A DNA stretch of 64,000 nucleotides from Stegostoma tigrinum (taxonomy: Eukaryota), in assembly GCF_030684315.1 (NCBI RefSeq), contig NC_081354.1:76831222-76895221 (forward strand), given 5' to 3'. A program made the position numbers and the translations under genes. Positions 11,827 through 25,598 of this stretch are shown in pieces. Each line of letters opens with the position of its first letter. Position 1 is the stretch's first letter. The notes under the pieces are model-generated. The model saw only the letters and a list, made by a program, of their open reading frames with translations. It did not search any database and was not told the DNA's origin.

Positions 11827-13334
11827 AACACAGCTCCCTTACCCATCACCCTTTCTTTGGCTCCTGCCCTAAGCATGACTTCAGTCCAGCCTCCCTAACT
11901 TCCTCCTCTTTAGGGCCTGCCTGTCGCTCCGGCAGAGGCCACCACTTCATTTGATGCTGCTGGGACGATGGAGGTGCCAGCTAATTGCATTGGGTAGACT
12001 CCTGACCGACTTTTTAATCTGGCAAGCAAGTTACAGGGCACTCGATAAAGTGCAGCCCAGGAAATGTTTTGAACAGCTAAGGAAATACTCTTTCTTGAGC
12101 ATCAAGTAAAGTTTGCTGAACTCGGTAACTGTATGAATTATAAGGTGTGAGCTGTACGTATCTCTGTCAAGAAAAGCAAACAAGCTTCATTTGGTTTAAT
12201 ATCTTTCCCTTATTCAATTGAAGGGTCTTATCCAGAGAGAGTAGTTTTTTTTCCACACAATCTTCAACTCCTCACCTTATTAATGATTCAACTTTGCTCT
12301 TGGGGTACCTTTCTTGGGTGATCACTTGACCAGAGAGGCAGAAATGCTCATACCACTGGCACCTTATTTAAAGTCCTTTAGAAGCAGCAAGCCAGGAGCT
12401 GGCCCTGGCATTCTGGCCTCGACCATTATCACTAAGGACACGACCAAGAGGCAAATGCTGTAGGTACTATGTTGATGAATCAAAGTACCACACAGCTACG
12501 TGTCCATACCTTTAAAAGTTCAAAGTTTCCTGCTATTGCTGCGTCTTCTGCATTAAATGCAATATATGCCACAGGGACTTGCAGCCTGAAACTGAGTGCT
12601 ATAAATCCCATGAGTTAAGAAACAAATGTGAGCCTCACAGAGGCTGGCAGCCTGTAGGTTTGTGCTGAGATTAGTGACCATGTTAAGAAAGCAATGCATG
12701 CTGGGACTGGCAATCTCTGATTAAGTGCAAAGTGAATGAATGTAAAGAAAGCAAACTAAGAGTCATAAAGATGCATCCTGCAATGATCTATGAGATACAG
12801 AATGACCTGACAGAGGTGTGCAAGTCATAACTGAGCTTCAGTAAATCATTAAAGGCTGAAGTGCTGTGGGAGTTGGTCCGAGAGCAGATGTGATGACATG
12901 GTGAGCCTGGTGGCTGACTGATACCAACTTGTGTGAACATATGTTCAGAGAGGATGGTGGCTATAGAGCATGCAGGGGCTTTGTTGTGAAGAAGTCGCTG
13001 AATGATGGCCACAATTAACATTTGGTGAACTACAGCCAACAAATACCCACCTTCATTTACAAGCCAAGAACTGATGTCTTCTATTTTTGCAGCTTAGGAA
13101 AAGATCATTGGAAGTGTTTACGAATAAGGTGAGTTCGCGCTTTAATAAGGTGCAAGTACAGAAATAAGACATCTACCAGTGAATAGTGAGATTCTAAAGT
13201 CACTATTTAAGGCTTGGGGGAACTTTGTAAATATTTTTGTCTAAGTCAAGTTACAGATGTTTTTCATTCTCAACATTTCCACACTTCACACCTGAGAGGG
13301 GAAATCCTGCCCGTTATTCTTAAATAAAGTCAAG

Positions 13335-16300
13335 CATAGAAACAGGCCCTTTGGCCTGTCATGTCTGTACCAACCAACAAATGTCACTAAACCCAATTAC
13401 CTGCATGGGCACATGGTCTTCTTTGCCCTGGCATTTTAATTACTCATCCAGATGCTTCTTAATGTTGCAAGATTATCGGTCTCCACCACACTCAGAGGCA
13501 GCATGTTCCATACTTCCTCTGGGTGAAAAGAAAAATGCTCAGATCTTCTCTAAGCCATTTTCTCCTCATTAAATGTATGTCTACTGGTCTTAGACATATC
13601 TGCCTTGGGGAACAGATTCTCACGATCTACTCTGTCGATGCCTCTCATAATTTAGTATATCTCAGTCAGATTCCACCACCCCTCAGCCCCCTCTGCTCCA
13701 AGGAAAACAAACCCAGCCTATCCTGCCTCTCCTTGTAACGGAAACTTTCCATATCAAGCCATAACCAGGTGAATCTCCTCTGCACCTTCTCCAGTGCAAT
13801 GACATCCTTCCAATAATGTGGCAACTAGAAATGCACACAATATTCCATCTGTGGACTAACCAATGTTTTATAACATTTTAACAAAGCTTCTTTACTACTA
13901 TATTCCACACCCTGCGTAGTAAAGGCAAGCATCCCTCATACTTTTTTAACTAACCTGACTAGCTGTGCTGACACCTTCAGGGATCTATGGTCTTGCACAC
14001 TCATTGAGTATGTACTTCCCTATTAGACCTCCCAAAATGCATCACTTCACACTTCTCAAGATTAAATTTCATCTGCTATTGCCTGGTCTAACTTGCAGCT
14101 GTTCAATGACAGACTGCAGCCTGACACTGTTCTTCTGGCCCTCTTGTGGTGAAGTGTTAGTGTCTGTTCCCTTGATTGAAAGACCTGGGTCCAAGTCCCA
14201 CTTGCTCCAGAGGTATGTGTGATAACATTTCTGAACAGGCTGATTAGAAAAATAGGTTACGTACAAAAAAAGGCAGTCATTCTATCAACAACACCCTCAA
14301 ATTTTGTGTCATCTACAAACTTACTAATTATATGTTCTACATTCACAACCAAGTCATTAACGTGCTTAACAAACAGCAAGGGTCCCAGCACTGATCCTTG
14401 TGTTACCATGCTAGTAACAGGCTTCCAATTACAAAGACAACCCTCCACTATTACCTTTAGCCTCCAGCTATTTTTTGGATCCAGTTTGCAAACTTGGAAT
14501 CAACTGGCTGTTACCTTTTGGACCAGCCTTCTGTGTGGAAGGCCTTAGCGAAGTCCATGTAACCACAATCAACTGCACTATCCCATATTTATATATCGTA
14601 AATATATTTAGTCACCTTTTCAAAAATTTCAGTAAGATTTGTCAGACAGGATCTCCATTTAGCAACTGATCAAAGACTGCCTTTTGAAGTGTTGGTTAAT
14701 CCTTTCTGGCAGAATTTTTTCCAATAATTTCCCTACCACTGATATGAGACTAACTGATCTGTAATTACGTGGTCTATCTCTGCTGCCCTTCTTGAACAAA
14801 AGAACTACGTTAGCTCTCCTCCAGTCATCTGGCACTTCACCTGTGGCAGGTGATGTATTAAATATCTCCACCAGGAACCCTTGCCACCCATTACAGCCTG
14901 GGATATATCTCTGAAATGTGCATCCTACTGAAACTTCAACCACTTGACTGGCTTCATTCCCTAATATTCGGTCTAACACTGCTCCATCTCTCGTCGGACC
15001 ATCTACATACTGGCACAAAAAGCTCTCTTGGATGCACTTGAAAATTCCAATACCTCTAATCCTTTCACACCCAAAATTCATTAGTGTTAGCAGAGTTGAA
15101 ATTCCCAACAACTATAAGCCTATTTATGTCTCACCTCCTATGATTTGCCTACATATCTGGTCCTCTATTCCCCTCTGACTGTTGTGCATTCTGTAATGTA
15201 ATCCCAGCAACGTAATGGCTGCTTTTTTTTTATTTCTAAGCTCTACTCAGGTGGCCTCATTTGAAAATTTATATAGAACATCCTCCCTCATTACTGCAGT
15301 GATGGTTTCCTCTATCAACTATGCAATGCCCCCACCTCTCTCAATCTGCCATCACACTTGAACCTTCTATGTCCTGGTGTGTTGAGCTGCCAGTTCTTGC
15401 TCAGTAATTGCGACAATATTGTGTACCTGCAGGCTGATTAATGCTCTTAAGTTCATCCGCCTTACCAATCAGGGTCCAGGCATTAAAATATTTATGATTT
15501 AGCTTTCTTGATCTCTCATATGCCTTATCCTGCTGATGTATTCTCGGCCCACTGAACTGTCCTAGCACTCCTTCTATATCTGACTGGACCTTGCTCCTGA
15601 CTTTACATCAACAGTGTACCTCACCCCACTACCAAATCAGTTCAAACCCTCCCCAAAAGGATGAGCAAACCTTCCAGCAATATCATTCCATTGCAGGTTG
15701 TACAGCTTCCACCTCCCCCAGAAATTTTCCTAATGATCTAAAACTCTAAAGCCTTTCCACCTACACCATCCATTTAGCCCCGTGCTCTATTCCTGTACTC
15801 AGTAGTACATAGCACTGGAAAAAGTCCAGAGATTACACCCTTTGTAGTCTTTCTTTTTTAATCCACGGCCTAAATTTCAATTCCTGCTGCAGGACCTAAT
15901 TTCTCTTTTACCAGTGTGGTTGGTGTTGTATCGCAGCTGCTAGCTGTTCACCCTCCCTCTTCAAAATGCTCTGCAACCGCTCCAAGACATCCCTCATCCT
16001 GGCACCAGGGACCCCATTTGAGAATCTCTTTTGCTGCCATCGAACCGCCTATCAGTTCCCCTTACAATCAAATACCAGGTCTCTAAATCTCTCCCAGTCT
16101 TTTTCCTCTCCTGCAGTTCAGCGCAGCCAAGCATGGCACCACAAACTTGGCCATTAGTGCTTTCCGCTGAGAGGCCATTCCCCCGCAACGGATCCCAACA
16201 TTGTCCATCTGTCTGACGGGGAATGTACATAGGGGACTCCTGCACTCCCTGTCGACGGTTACTAGTTTTCCTGGTGGTCACCCAGTGCTTTCCTGCCAGT

Positions 16301-16700
16301 GTAGCCCTTACATGTGGTGTGACCAGCTCGCTAAATGAGCTATCGAAGATGCTCACAGCCTCATGGCGACTCCACAGTGAGTCCATGCAGAGCTCCCGCC
16401 GCTCCAGGTCAGTCAAGACTGGAGCCGGACACATTTCCGGCATCTGTGCTCACTGTGGAGACTGGAAGTGTCTCTGAGTTCCCAAATATTCCAGGAGGAG
16501 CATTCCACAGGGGCGAGTTCTCCTGCCATTGTGATCCTTACCAACTACTGACAATAGACTAGGAACAACTTACTCAGTCTTACTCAGTCCTCACCAAAGC
16601 AGATTTCTCTCACTCTTTCTCTCTCAGATTCTCTATATTCCTGACAAACTACAAAACACATAATTAAGGACTTTACACTCTGTCTCCCCACCCTGTACTG
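13335..16700 (-). mobile_element. Near full-length but internally deleted CR1 LINE (ORF1 remnant, endonuclease, RT and 3' end)
   Basis: ORF1-like 15994..16443 (VTP...WVTTRK...QESP...IVRGTDRRF...RDS, the CR1 esterase-type ORF1). 14659..15111 gives FLCQYVDGPTRDGAVLD...VPDDWRRANV...NYRSVSLISVVGKLLE. 14257..14448 gives QGSVLGPLLF...KFVDDTK. Confidence 0.85.
14136..14271 (+). mobile_element. Short (~135 bp) tRNA-derived SINE inserted in the CR1
   Basis: Box-A-like tggtgaagtg, box-B-like gggtccaagtccc and an A-rich end. It interrupts otherwise contiguous CR1 RT sequence. Confidence 0.65.
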
Positions 16701-16765
16701 AGTTCCTAAAGCTGGTTCCCAAGCAGCCAATCCTCTTGCCCTACATCACTTTTTAAAACCACGAC

Positions 16766-17422
16766 ATTGCGAACCGAGCGGAGATGTTCTGGAAAGCAAT
16801 AAACAACTGCAACTCCCAGTCGCAAACCATTTCCACTCCCCCACCCATTCTTTAGATGACATGTCCATCATGGGCCTCCTGCAGTGCCACAATGATGCTA
16901 CCCGAAGGTTGCAGGAACAGCAACTCCTATTCTGCTTGGGAACCCTGCAGCCCAATGGTATCAATGTGGACTTCACCAGCTTCAAAATCTCCCCTTCCCC
17001 AACTGCATCCCTAAACGAGCCCAGTTCGTCCCCTCCCCCCACTGCACCACACAACCAGCCCAGTTCTTCCCCTCCACCCACTGCATCCCAAAACCAGTCC
17101 AACCTGTCTCTGCCTCCCTAACCTGTTCTTCCTCTCACCCATCCCTTCCTCCCACCCCAAGCCGCACCCCCATCTCCTACGTACTAACCTTAACCCACCT
17201 CCTTGACCTGTCCGTCTTCCCTGGACTGACCTATCCCCTCCCTACCTCCCCACCTATACTCTCCTCTCCACCTATCTTCTTTGCTCTCCATCTTCGGTCC
17301 ACCTCCCCCTCTCTCCCTATTTATTCCAGAACCCTCACCCCATCTGCCTCTCTGATGAAGGGTCTAGGCCCGAAACGTCAGCTTTTGTGCTCCTGAGATG
17401 CTGCTGGGCCTGCTGTGTTCAT
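16766..17422 (+). mobile_element. Penelope-like element 3' fragment (GIY-YIG C-terminus plus pseudo-LTR) with a ~32-nt 5' micro-inversion
   Basis: Nearly identical to 25304-25926. Encodes PVANHFHSP..H...RRLQEQQL.F.LGTLQPNGIN. 16766-16797 is the reverse complement of the immediately upstream PLE sequence. Confidence 0.92.
17352..17379 (+). ncRNA. Minimal type I hammerhead ribozyme motif, core intact
   Basis: cu-CUGAUGA-A-GGGU(CUAG)GCCC-GAAAC-GUC-ag. Confidence 0.75.
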
Positions 17423-18789
17423 GCAATGACAGCATATGGCATTTGAAATAAACTCTAGGTATACAAAGCAACGAATCTTGTTTTTTACATTCTTGTGGTC
17501 AACATTTCATTTACAACAAACATCTGCGCTTTAACTACCAATCTCAAGCAACTAACATTTTATGGATTCGAGCACAAATTCATTCACTGTAGTCCAATAA
17601 TTTATTTAATGTTGTTGAGTTACCTGGATGTGCCTGACAAATAATGATATTTATGCAGTGCTAGATTGTAGGTTGTGTCTCTCTCAAGAAGGTTTTGAAC
17701 AATTTCGTGCCAACAGGGACTCTCTTGCATTCTTAGAGAGTATAAGTGGTGGTTCAGCAAAATCTGTCGGTGCGAATAAAGATACTCTCTTATGTTCAGA
17801 GTATTCAGGCACCTTTTCTAACTTGTCCAAGATAGTCACCTTAATTGATGAAAGTAAATTTAAATTCACCCACTGGGACTCAGCATACTTTAATAAAATT
17901 CTGAGCAATGACTTGAATTGTATTAGCAATACAAAAGACAATTTGGGAGAGCTGCAGATGTGATTACTTATAGTTATGCATTTGGAGGCTGTTGAGAAAA
18001 TGCATAATAGAGTGAAAAGGTCATTTGTTTCAACTTGTTGCTAAAGTCATTACTTTCACTTTAATTGTCAGAAAAGCTTCAATGGCTTCGAGTTTTGAAA
18101 TTTATCGTGGCTGTAAAGGAAACAAATATGTTCTACTTTTTGTATTTTAAGTATTTTTGAATTAGGTCTGCTCATATTTTTGAAGTGTTTCCATTTGGAG
18201 GCACTGCATGATAAGCACTCAGTTTGTCTCCAAGATAATGATAAGACGCTGCATTCTTAGAAAATAGCAAAACAATAAACCTCAGTCCAATTTAACACAA
18301 TGCTGTCCTCTAGACACTGAAGTTTGCTTCAGGAAAATACTGCATTTGGAAAGTGGTTTGAGGATTTATGGCATTCGCTTTTGCATTTTTCTAAAAACAA
18401 AGACAGCAATTGATAGTTGAAGGAAGATTATAATCTAAAATGATAACTAAAGGAAACAGAGTCATGCCATGGAAAAATAGTCAAGACTGAAATAAGCTTT
18501 GGTTCAAAGAATAATTCAAGAAGAAGCAGGAGGGGATTGAAATTGGGTTTAGTTGCAAATTTGCAGTCACTTTGCATCTGCATGTTATTTTCTGCCACGT
18601 CACTCTAAATTGTATGCGTCAGGACAGAATGTGAATCCTAAGCTAAAATATTCTAGGTATGTTTTATGTTGCACCTCATAGAATACCAAGATGTAGTGCA
18701 ACCTTTAAAGAACAGGACACTGAGTAAATTATTAATGTGGAACTGTCAGTTCGAGTTAAATAAAGCTGCAGCTGGTATTGGTAAAGCAA

Positions 18790-19130
18790 TATTAAGACAA
18801 TCACAAATCCCAAAATCCCTCACAGATGTATCATGAAACAGAATTTGATGCTATATTTGCCCTTGTAGATGGTTGAGGTTGTGGCAAATGTCCAAAAGCT
18901 TGTTCATAAAACTAAGTTTAAAGGAACAGGTCAAAAGCAGAAAGAGAGGCAAAGAGTTTCAGAGAGGAGCAACCAGAGCTTCAAACTTAGCTGAAGATAT
19001 CTCTGCCAAAAATTGGTCATTAAAAGCTGGGAATGTTCAAGAGCGCAGAATTGGGGGAGTGCAGGTAGCCAGGGGCTATGGAGGTAATAGGGATTATGGA
19101 GATGTGGTAGAATATTCCCCATGGGCTTTG
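18790..19130 (-). mobile_element. Old L2-like LINE 3' fragment
   Basis: Similar layout to the other L2 remnants at 4700, 20400 and 36510. Confidence 0.45.
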
Positions 19131-19739
19131 GAATCTGCCATTATAGTCAAATATGGGGCATTTCACACTACGTGGAGAACAGACACAGTCGTCACCTTCT
19201 CACTGTTGGGCAATTAATGACCAGTGGGCAGACTCACTATCCAATTGAGGCTGGGGACAGGATCTTAAAGTTAGACAGCCAATAAGAGGCCCCCAGCACT
19301 GAAGAAGCAGTGAGAATACTTTTTTTAATTGAATGAGGGAATGGTTGCCTCATCTCCAACTTCATCAACTTGAGATAAAACAAATGGTCTCAGGCACTGG
19401 ACCATTGAAGGAAGACCGCTCCATCTGGCTGGTAATGGCAGGGAGAGCTGGCAGAGCCTCTAAACTTACCTGGAGCTCTGGGCTTTCTCCATTGGGCTGC
19501 AGCCAGAGGTCTCCTTCAAAGCTGCCCTTTGGTGCCTCCAGGGACTTGGAGACAACTGGAAAATTCCAGCTGGCTTTTGCCTATCCTCAAGCTCACCATC
19601 CTACCACTGGGGAAATAACATGGAGATAGAATGGGGCTGGCAAACCAAACAGAACTTAGATGTCAGCCTGCCTCATTCCCCATCTGCAATGGAGTTGAAA
19701 AGCTCCACTGGAAAATCATTCTTCTATGTAGCACTCTTC

Positions 19740-19915
19740 ACAACAGACCAATGCACTGCACAGCCAATGAAGTTCTCTTGAAATGTAGTCCTTAGTATAA
19801 TGTAGGGAAATGTAGCATTCAATTTGCGAGCTATATGCTTCCACAAGCAGCAATGATGTAAATCATCAGGCCATTGTTTTTAGGTGTTAGTTAAGGGTAG
19901 TAAAATATTTTTGCA
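19740..19915 (-). mobile_element. Decayed Deu-domain SINE (SacSINE1/AmnSINE1-related) fragment
   Basis: cagccaatgaagt...tgaaatgtagtc...taatgtagggaaa...caatttgc...ccacaagcagcaatg resembles the reverse strand of DeuSINE bodies and the copies at 27050 and 55598/57968. Confidence 0.55.
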
Positions 19916-20394
19916 TGTTTAGTTAAAAAAAGGGCTAACCTTTTCTGTAACATTAGATGTTAGGGTTTTGAGACACAATTGTTGTGTGTGTGAGGTGAAA
20001 ATGTGCTACATTAATGGTTCTGTGAAAAGCTGAGAAAAGAGAAGTTTCTGACAGAAGTCAATTATATATTGTATGGAAAAGGTTATCCCACATATGAACT
20101 GAGAAGGAGAAGCAGGTGTTTAGGAATATTTTTGACCCTTTCCTAACATTTTAACTGTAGATTATTTTTAGATTCCTTTCTAAAATCACGTTCATGAGTG
20201 AGAGTGAGTTCCGATTCAGCATAGCTTCGAGAATGCCTGTATTTGCCTTGAGATCAGGTAAACCTCTGAGAATATGCCTGGATAAAAATCAGCAAAACTT
20301 TGTTTGGTCAATGTTTTCAGGGACTGGATTGCCTTTTGTGCACAGAAAAATTCAATGTGACTTTAAAAATACCAACCAGAACAGATTGAATCGA

Positions 20395-21400
20395 AACAAC
20401 ACTCTGTATTCTGTAAAAAGCCTCAGGCACCTCACAGGAGATTTAAGAAACCAAATTTGGAACTGAAGTGCATGAAGAGGTTTGAGACCAGATGGCCAAA
20501 AACTGTCAGTCAGTATGTTTTGAAGCAGAACTTAAAGGAGGAAAGAATGGAAGAGAGATGGAACAGTTTGGGGATACAGAGTGGAGGGAAAATCCAAATT
20601 CACGAGCTGATGGCATTTAAATTTGGTGGGTGCAAAGATGATAGGCCTGCAGATACCTTGTAGGTTTGTAGGGTTGGAGAATGCTTTATAGATAGGGGTG
20701 GGACCACCTATATCAAAGAGCAAAGTGGTAGTAGGTAAATGAGACATGGTGCGCTTATAGTCAGCAGAGCTTTGGAAGAGGTGGATGAAAGTTCGAGGAT
20801 GGGAGGCTCCAGAAAATGTGTTTGAATAACCACTTCTAAAGATAACAAAAGACTGGATGAGAGTTTCAGCAGCAGATGAGCTGAGATAGGGATAATATCA
20901 GGTATTGCTATAGAAGTGGAATTGGGCAGTCCTACTGAAGACTCAAAAATGTGGTTACAAGCTTATCTCGGGGTTAAGTATGACCCCAAAAATGTGAACA
21001 GCCTAGGTCAGTCTCAGACTGTTGCCAAGGGATGGGCAGAGCCAAAGTTAAGGGGCGGAATTTAAAACAATACGTTTAATCTTCCCAATATTTCATCAGA
21101 GAATATCGATCAGTGTACTAATGTCAAACAAGCCACCTGACAATTTCACGGCTGTGGAGGAGGTGAGGTGTGGTTTTGGTGAGTTAGAGCTTCGTGTCAT
21201 ATATGTTGTGAAGACACTGGCACTATTTTTGGATAATACTGCTGAGGGGCCACATGTCACAAGAAATAGGAGAAGGTCAATGATAGATCTTTGGGGGACA
21301 CCAAAGGTAACAGAAGAGAGGCCACTTCTTCCCATGACTGAATAAATAATCATGGGGCCAGGCAAGAGTAGTTGCAACAGCTGGACACAGGAAGAGCTGC
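20395..21400 (-). mobile_element. Decayed L2-like LINE (RT region to 3' end)
   Basis: ORF 21096..21377 contains VTFGVPQRSIIDLLLFL (the GVPQGS.LGPLLF motif), and an L2-like 3' region lies toward 20400. Confidence 0.7.
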
Positions 21401-22631
21401 GTTTCTGTAGGTACCTTAGTGTGCAATCTGTGGGATTAATTGAACATCACTTGTAACACATTGTGGCAGGACTAGTGCAAAATCCAGTTTCTAGCCTTTT
21501 AGACTGTTGACGCAGCTATTGAGTTTCTGAGGTGACATTCGCTATATTAACACTTCACAAGAATACATACTTTTTGTCACAATTGAGCTAAGTGAAATAG
21601 AGGTGGATGACCAGAGATAAAACCTGTAGGCATTTTATAGTTCATTAGAACATGTTTTCCTTGTCTAGACATTTTGTAAGGAATATTCCCTTGTCTTGGT
21701 TGATGTGTTGTTTGGTCTGTAGTATGAAAGTGTGATCACGTGCTACGTCTGATAAAGATTTTGTGTTGGGGAAAATTGGTACTTTCCCATGCCAGAGACT
21801 GCACCTTACATTATGTTTCAATGGGTATTCTTGCATCTTTAACAGCTTACAGTTTCAGAAACCCAAAGTATCCAATTGTGGCAATATAAATTGAATGTTC
21901 ACTGTGCATTGTTCTCTGTCTACTTTGTTGTCAAAAAGCGTATTTGGAAAAGCAAGCTACTTCATTGTGACATTTTCCAGTTGCTACATGCTAAGACTTA
22001 AAGAGAAGTGTTTAAGATTCTGTCATATTACCCCAAAAATTACATAAATAGATGAGCAACTCATTAAATCCCCAGCAAAAATACAATGTTAAAACAAACA
22101 TTCACCAGTGTCAGTAAAGGCAACTGATGCCTGACTGAAAGCAGATAATGGCTACCACCAAGATGAATGTCAGTGATTAGCTTGTGCAGGTTTGAAGGAA
22201 ACATCATAAGGTAGAAATAGTACAGTAGATACCTAAACCCCTCACCTAGCTGAAGATTAGAGTCAATTAAAAGTGTGTTTGTTATACTGGAACAGTTGAC
22301 ATCTATTGTGCAGCACCAGCAAGGTCAAACATGATTGAGAACACCTCTATTATGTTCAATTATAGCAAAGATACATTGCAGGTTCATGTGATTAAAGCAG
22401 CTTTTCTTTTCTTAGTGTTAGTTTTAATCTTAACTGTATGATAAATGCAGTGTATTCAAACAGCAATGGAGGAGGCACGAAAGGATAGAATGCAACAGAA
22501 AATATCAAAGAACAGACTCTGCTTCTGATCTATAAGTCAAATTAGAACTTCTGGATCGGCAACACAGTGAGCAAATTGAGAAAATGATCCTCAATATCTC
22601 CACTTGAAACAGCCCTTGATTTTTCGTTAAG

Positions 22632-22740
22632 TTCTAAAGAAGGGTCACTGGAACTGAAGCATTCATTCTGATTTTTCTCCACAGATGCTGCCAGATTTGC
22701 TGAGTTCTTCTAGCAATTTCTGATTTGTTTTTGTCTTTGA
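22632..22740 (+). mobile_element. Old PLE pseudo-LTR remnant (second subfamily) with a degenerate hammerhead
   Basis: ttctaaagaagggtcactggaactgaagcatt...cagatgctgccagatttgctgagttcttctagca has the same layout as the young pLTR (hammerhead, then gatgctgc...ctgctg.gtt...cagc). Confidence 0.6.
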
Positions 22741-23319
22741 TTTTTCATGTCTGTTCACTGCAAGGAATTAGGCCATTTAACTGAGATGCTTGACCATGCC
22801 ATTGTAAATATCCAGTGGTGAAACACTGATAGAGTACTCTGAAAATGCAAATGCAGTTTGTCTGAAATGAGGAGCATTTTAGTGTCACTTCCCAGTCAGA
22901 TTTCCCTGTTTTTAGAAACAGAGATTTTGCTGCTTCTGGATATGTCAAAAACCAGTCATTCAAATACAAATACTATAAACATTCTCAGTCCACTTCGTTT
23001 GTGTTGGGATTAGTTAAACCCAAAATACTACCCATGCCAAGTGTGACAGCGTTATATGGTATTGTTTACTGCATATCAATCTTGTTATGGATCTCAACAT
23101 GAATTTTCCATCCTGAATACCAATATGTTGTTCAAGTTTGTAGTATGGTAGCTGGTTTTGACTCAAATTTGGGGACAACGCAGATACAGCAGCAACTTTT
23201 TCCCATAAGGAGTGAAAAACAAAATTGAAATACCCTCAATTTCTAACAACATGGTTGCAAGCACACTGGTTAAATTTGTCATCAGTATATTGCAGTGTGG
23301 TGTCAATTTGACTGTTCCG

Positions 23320-23403
23320 CTGATGCTGCCTAGCCTGCTGTGTTCCTCCAGTCCTCCATTGTGTTATCTCTGACTCCAGCATCTGCAGTTCTTACTATAT
23401 CTT
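23320..23403 (+). mobile_element. PLE pseudo-LTR terminal fragment with tail but no hammerhead
   Basis: ctgatgctgcctagcctgctgtgttcctccag...gttatctctgactccagcatctgcagttcttactatatct matches 45285-45366. Confidence 0.8.
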
Positions 23404-23557
23404 AACAGAAACATTTATTCTTTTTGACTTGTGGTATCCTTTGTACTAAACAATGGTCAAAAGCAAGAAAACAGGTCAGTCATTTGTCACCAAGATAATA
23501 AAATGTGAGGCTGGATGAACACAGCAGGCCCGGCAGCATCTCAGGAGCACAAAAGCT

Positions 23558-23585
23558 GACGTTTCGGGCCTAGACCCTTCATCAG
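23558..23585 (-). ncRNA. Minimal type I hammerhead ribozyme motif, core intact, in the inverted pLTR
   Basis: Reverse complement reads CUGAUGA-A-GGGU(CUAG)GCCC-GAAAC-GUC. Confidence 0.75.
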
Positions 23586-24051
23586 AGAGGGGGATGGGGT
23601 GAGGGTTCTGGAATAAATAGGGAGAGAGGGGGAGGCGGACCGAAGATGGAGAGAAAAGAAGATAGGTGGGGAGGAGAGTATGGGTGGGGAGGTAGGGAGG
23701 GGATAGGTCAGTCCAGGGAAGACGGACAGGTCAAGGAGGTGGGATGAGGTTAGTAGGTAGGAGATGGAGGTGCGTCTTGGGGCAGGAGGAAGGGATGGGT
23801 GAGAGGAAGAACAGGTTAGGGAGGCAGAGACAGGTTGGACTGGTTGTGTGATGCAGTGGGGGGAGGGGACGAACTGGGCTGGTTTTGGGATGCGGTGGGG
23901 GAAGGGGAGATTTTGAAGTTGGTGAAGTCCACATTGATACCATTGGGTTGCAGGGTTCCCAAGCGGAATATGAGTTGCTGTTCCTGCAACCTTCGGGTGG
24001 CATCATTGTGGCACTGCAGGAGGCCCATGATGGATATGTCATCTAAAGAAT

Positions 24052-25598
24052 AACTCCCCACCTACGTCCGTGACACCACCCATGCCCTCCAACCTCCTCC
24101 AGGACTTACAATTCCCTGGCCCCCAACACCTCATTTTCACCATGGACGTCCAGTCCCTATACACCTGCATTCCGCATGCAGATGGCCTCAAGGCCCTCCG
24201 CTTCTTCCTGTCCCGCAGGCCCGACCAGTCCCCCTCCACCGACACCCTCATCCACCTAGCCAAACTTGTCCTCACCCTCAACAACTTCTCTTTCGATTCC
24301 TCCCACTTCCTACAGACTAAGGGGGTGGCCATGGGCACCCGCATGGGTCCCAGCTATGCCTGCCTCTTTGTAGGTTACGTGGAACAGTCCCTCTTCCGCA
24401 CCTACACAGGCCTCAAACCCCACCTCTTCCTCCGGTACATTGATGACTGTATCGGCGCCGCCTCTTGCTCCCCAGAGGAGTTCGAACAGTTCATCCACTT
24501 CACCAACACCTTCCACCCCAACCTTCAGTTCACCGGGCCATCTCCAGCACATCCCTCACCTTCCTGGATCTCTCAGTCTCCATCTCAGGCAACCAGCTTG
24601 TAACTGATGTCCATTTCAAGCCCACCGACTCCCACAGCTACCTAGAATACACCTCCTCCCACCCACCCTCCTGCAAAAATTCCATCCCCTATTCCCAATT
24701 CCTCCACCTCCGCCGCATCTGCTCCCACGATGAGGCATTCCACTCCCGCACATCCCAGATGTCCAAGTTCTTCAAGGACCGCAACTTGCCCCCCACAGTG
24801 GTCGATAACGCCCTTGACCGCGTCTCCCGCATTTCCCGCAACACATCCCTCACACCCCACCCCCGCCACAACCGCCCAAAGAGGATCCCCCTAGTTCTCA
24901 CACACCACCCCACCAACCTCCGGATACAACGCATCATCCTCCGACACTTCCGCCATCTACAATCCGACCCCACCACTCAAGACATTTTTCCATCCCCACC
25001 CTTGTCTGCTTTCCAGAGAGACCACTCTCTCCATGACTCCCTTGTTCGCTCCACACTGCCCTCCAACCCCACCACACCCGGCACCTTCCCCTGCAACCGC
25101 AGAAAATGCTACACTTGCCCCCACACCTCCTCCCTCACCCCTATCCCAGGCCCCAAGATGACATTCCACATTAAGCAGAGCTTCACCTGCACATCTGCCA
25201 ATGTGGTATACTGCATCCACTGCACCCGGTGCGGCTTCCTCTACATTGGGGAAACCAAGCGGAGGCTTGGGAACCGCTTTGCAGAACACCTCCGCTCGGT
25301 TCGCAATAAACAACTGCACCTCCCAGTCGCAAACCATTTCCACTCCCCCTCCCATTCTTTAGATGACATGTCCATCATGGGCCTCCTGCAGTGCCACAAT
25401 GATGCCACCCGAAGGTTGCAGGAACAGCAACTCATATTCCGCTTGGGAACCCTGCAGCCCAATGGTATCAATGTGGACTTCACCAGCTTCAAAATCTCCC
25501 CTTCCCCCACCGCATCCCAAAACCAGCCCAGTTCGTCCCCTCCCCCCACTGCACCACACAACAAGCCCAGCTCTTCCCCTCCACCCACTGCATCCTAA
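24052..25598 (+). pseudogene. PLE polyprotein remnant: reverse transcriptase, Cys-rich linker and GIY-YIG endonuclease, with one frameshift near 24536
   Basis: RT motifs FTMDVQSLYT, QTKGVAMGTRMGPSYA, FLRYIDD and FLDL. Linker FPCNRRKCYTC. Endonuclease NVVYCIHCTRCGFLYIGET...RFAEH...VANHF...E...GIN. The sequence ttcaccgggcc lacks one T relative to ttcacctgggc in the second copy. Confidence 0.93.

Noticed and set aside
16990-17100. Regularly spaced 39-bp repeats as a possible CRISPR array
   Set aside because: They are tandem units without unique spacers, in frame within a PLE ORF, in vertebrate DNA with no cas genes.
17628-17963. 111-aa ORF in unique-looking sequence (similarly 9695..9988, 33148..33507, 63473..63838)
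   Set aside because: No recognisable domain or convincing splice-site pair, and the length is within chance expectation.
24465-25598. The 377-aa ORF (and the 362-aa ORF 56621..57709) as intact functional genes
   Set aside because: Their N-termini are out-of-frame or come from the inverted arm. Both elements are 5'-truncated and carry frameshifts or stops.
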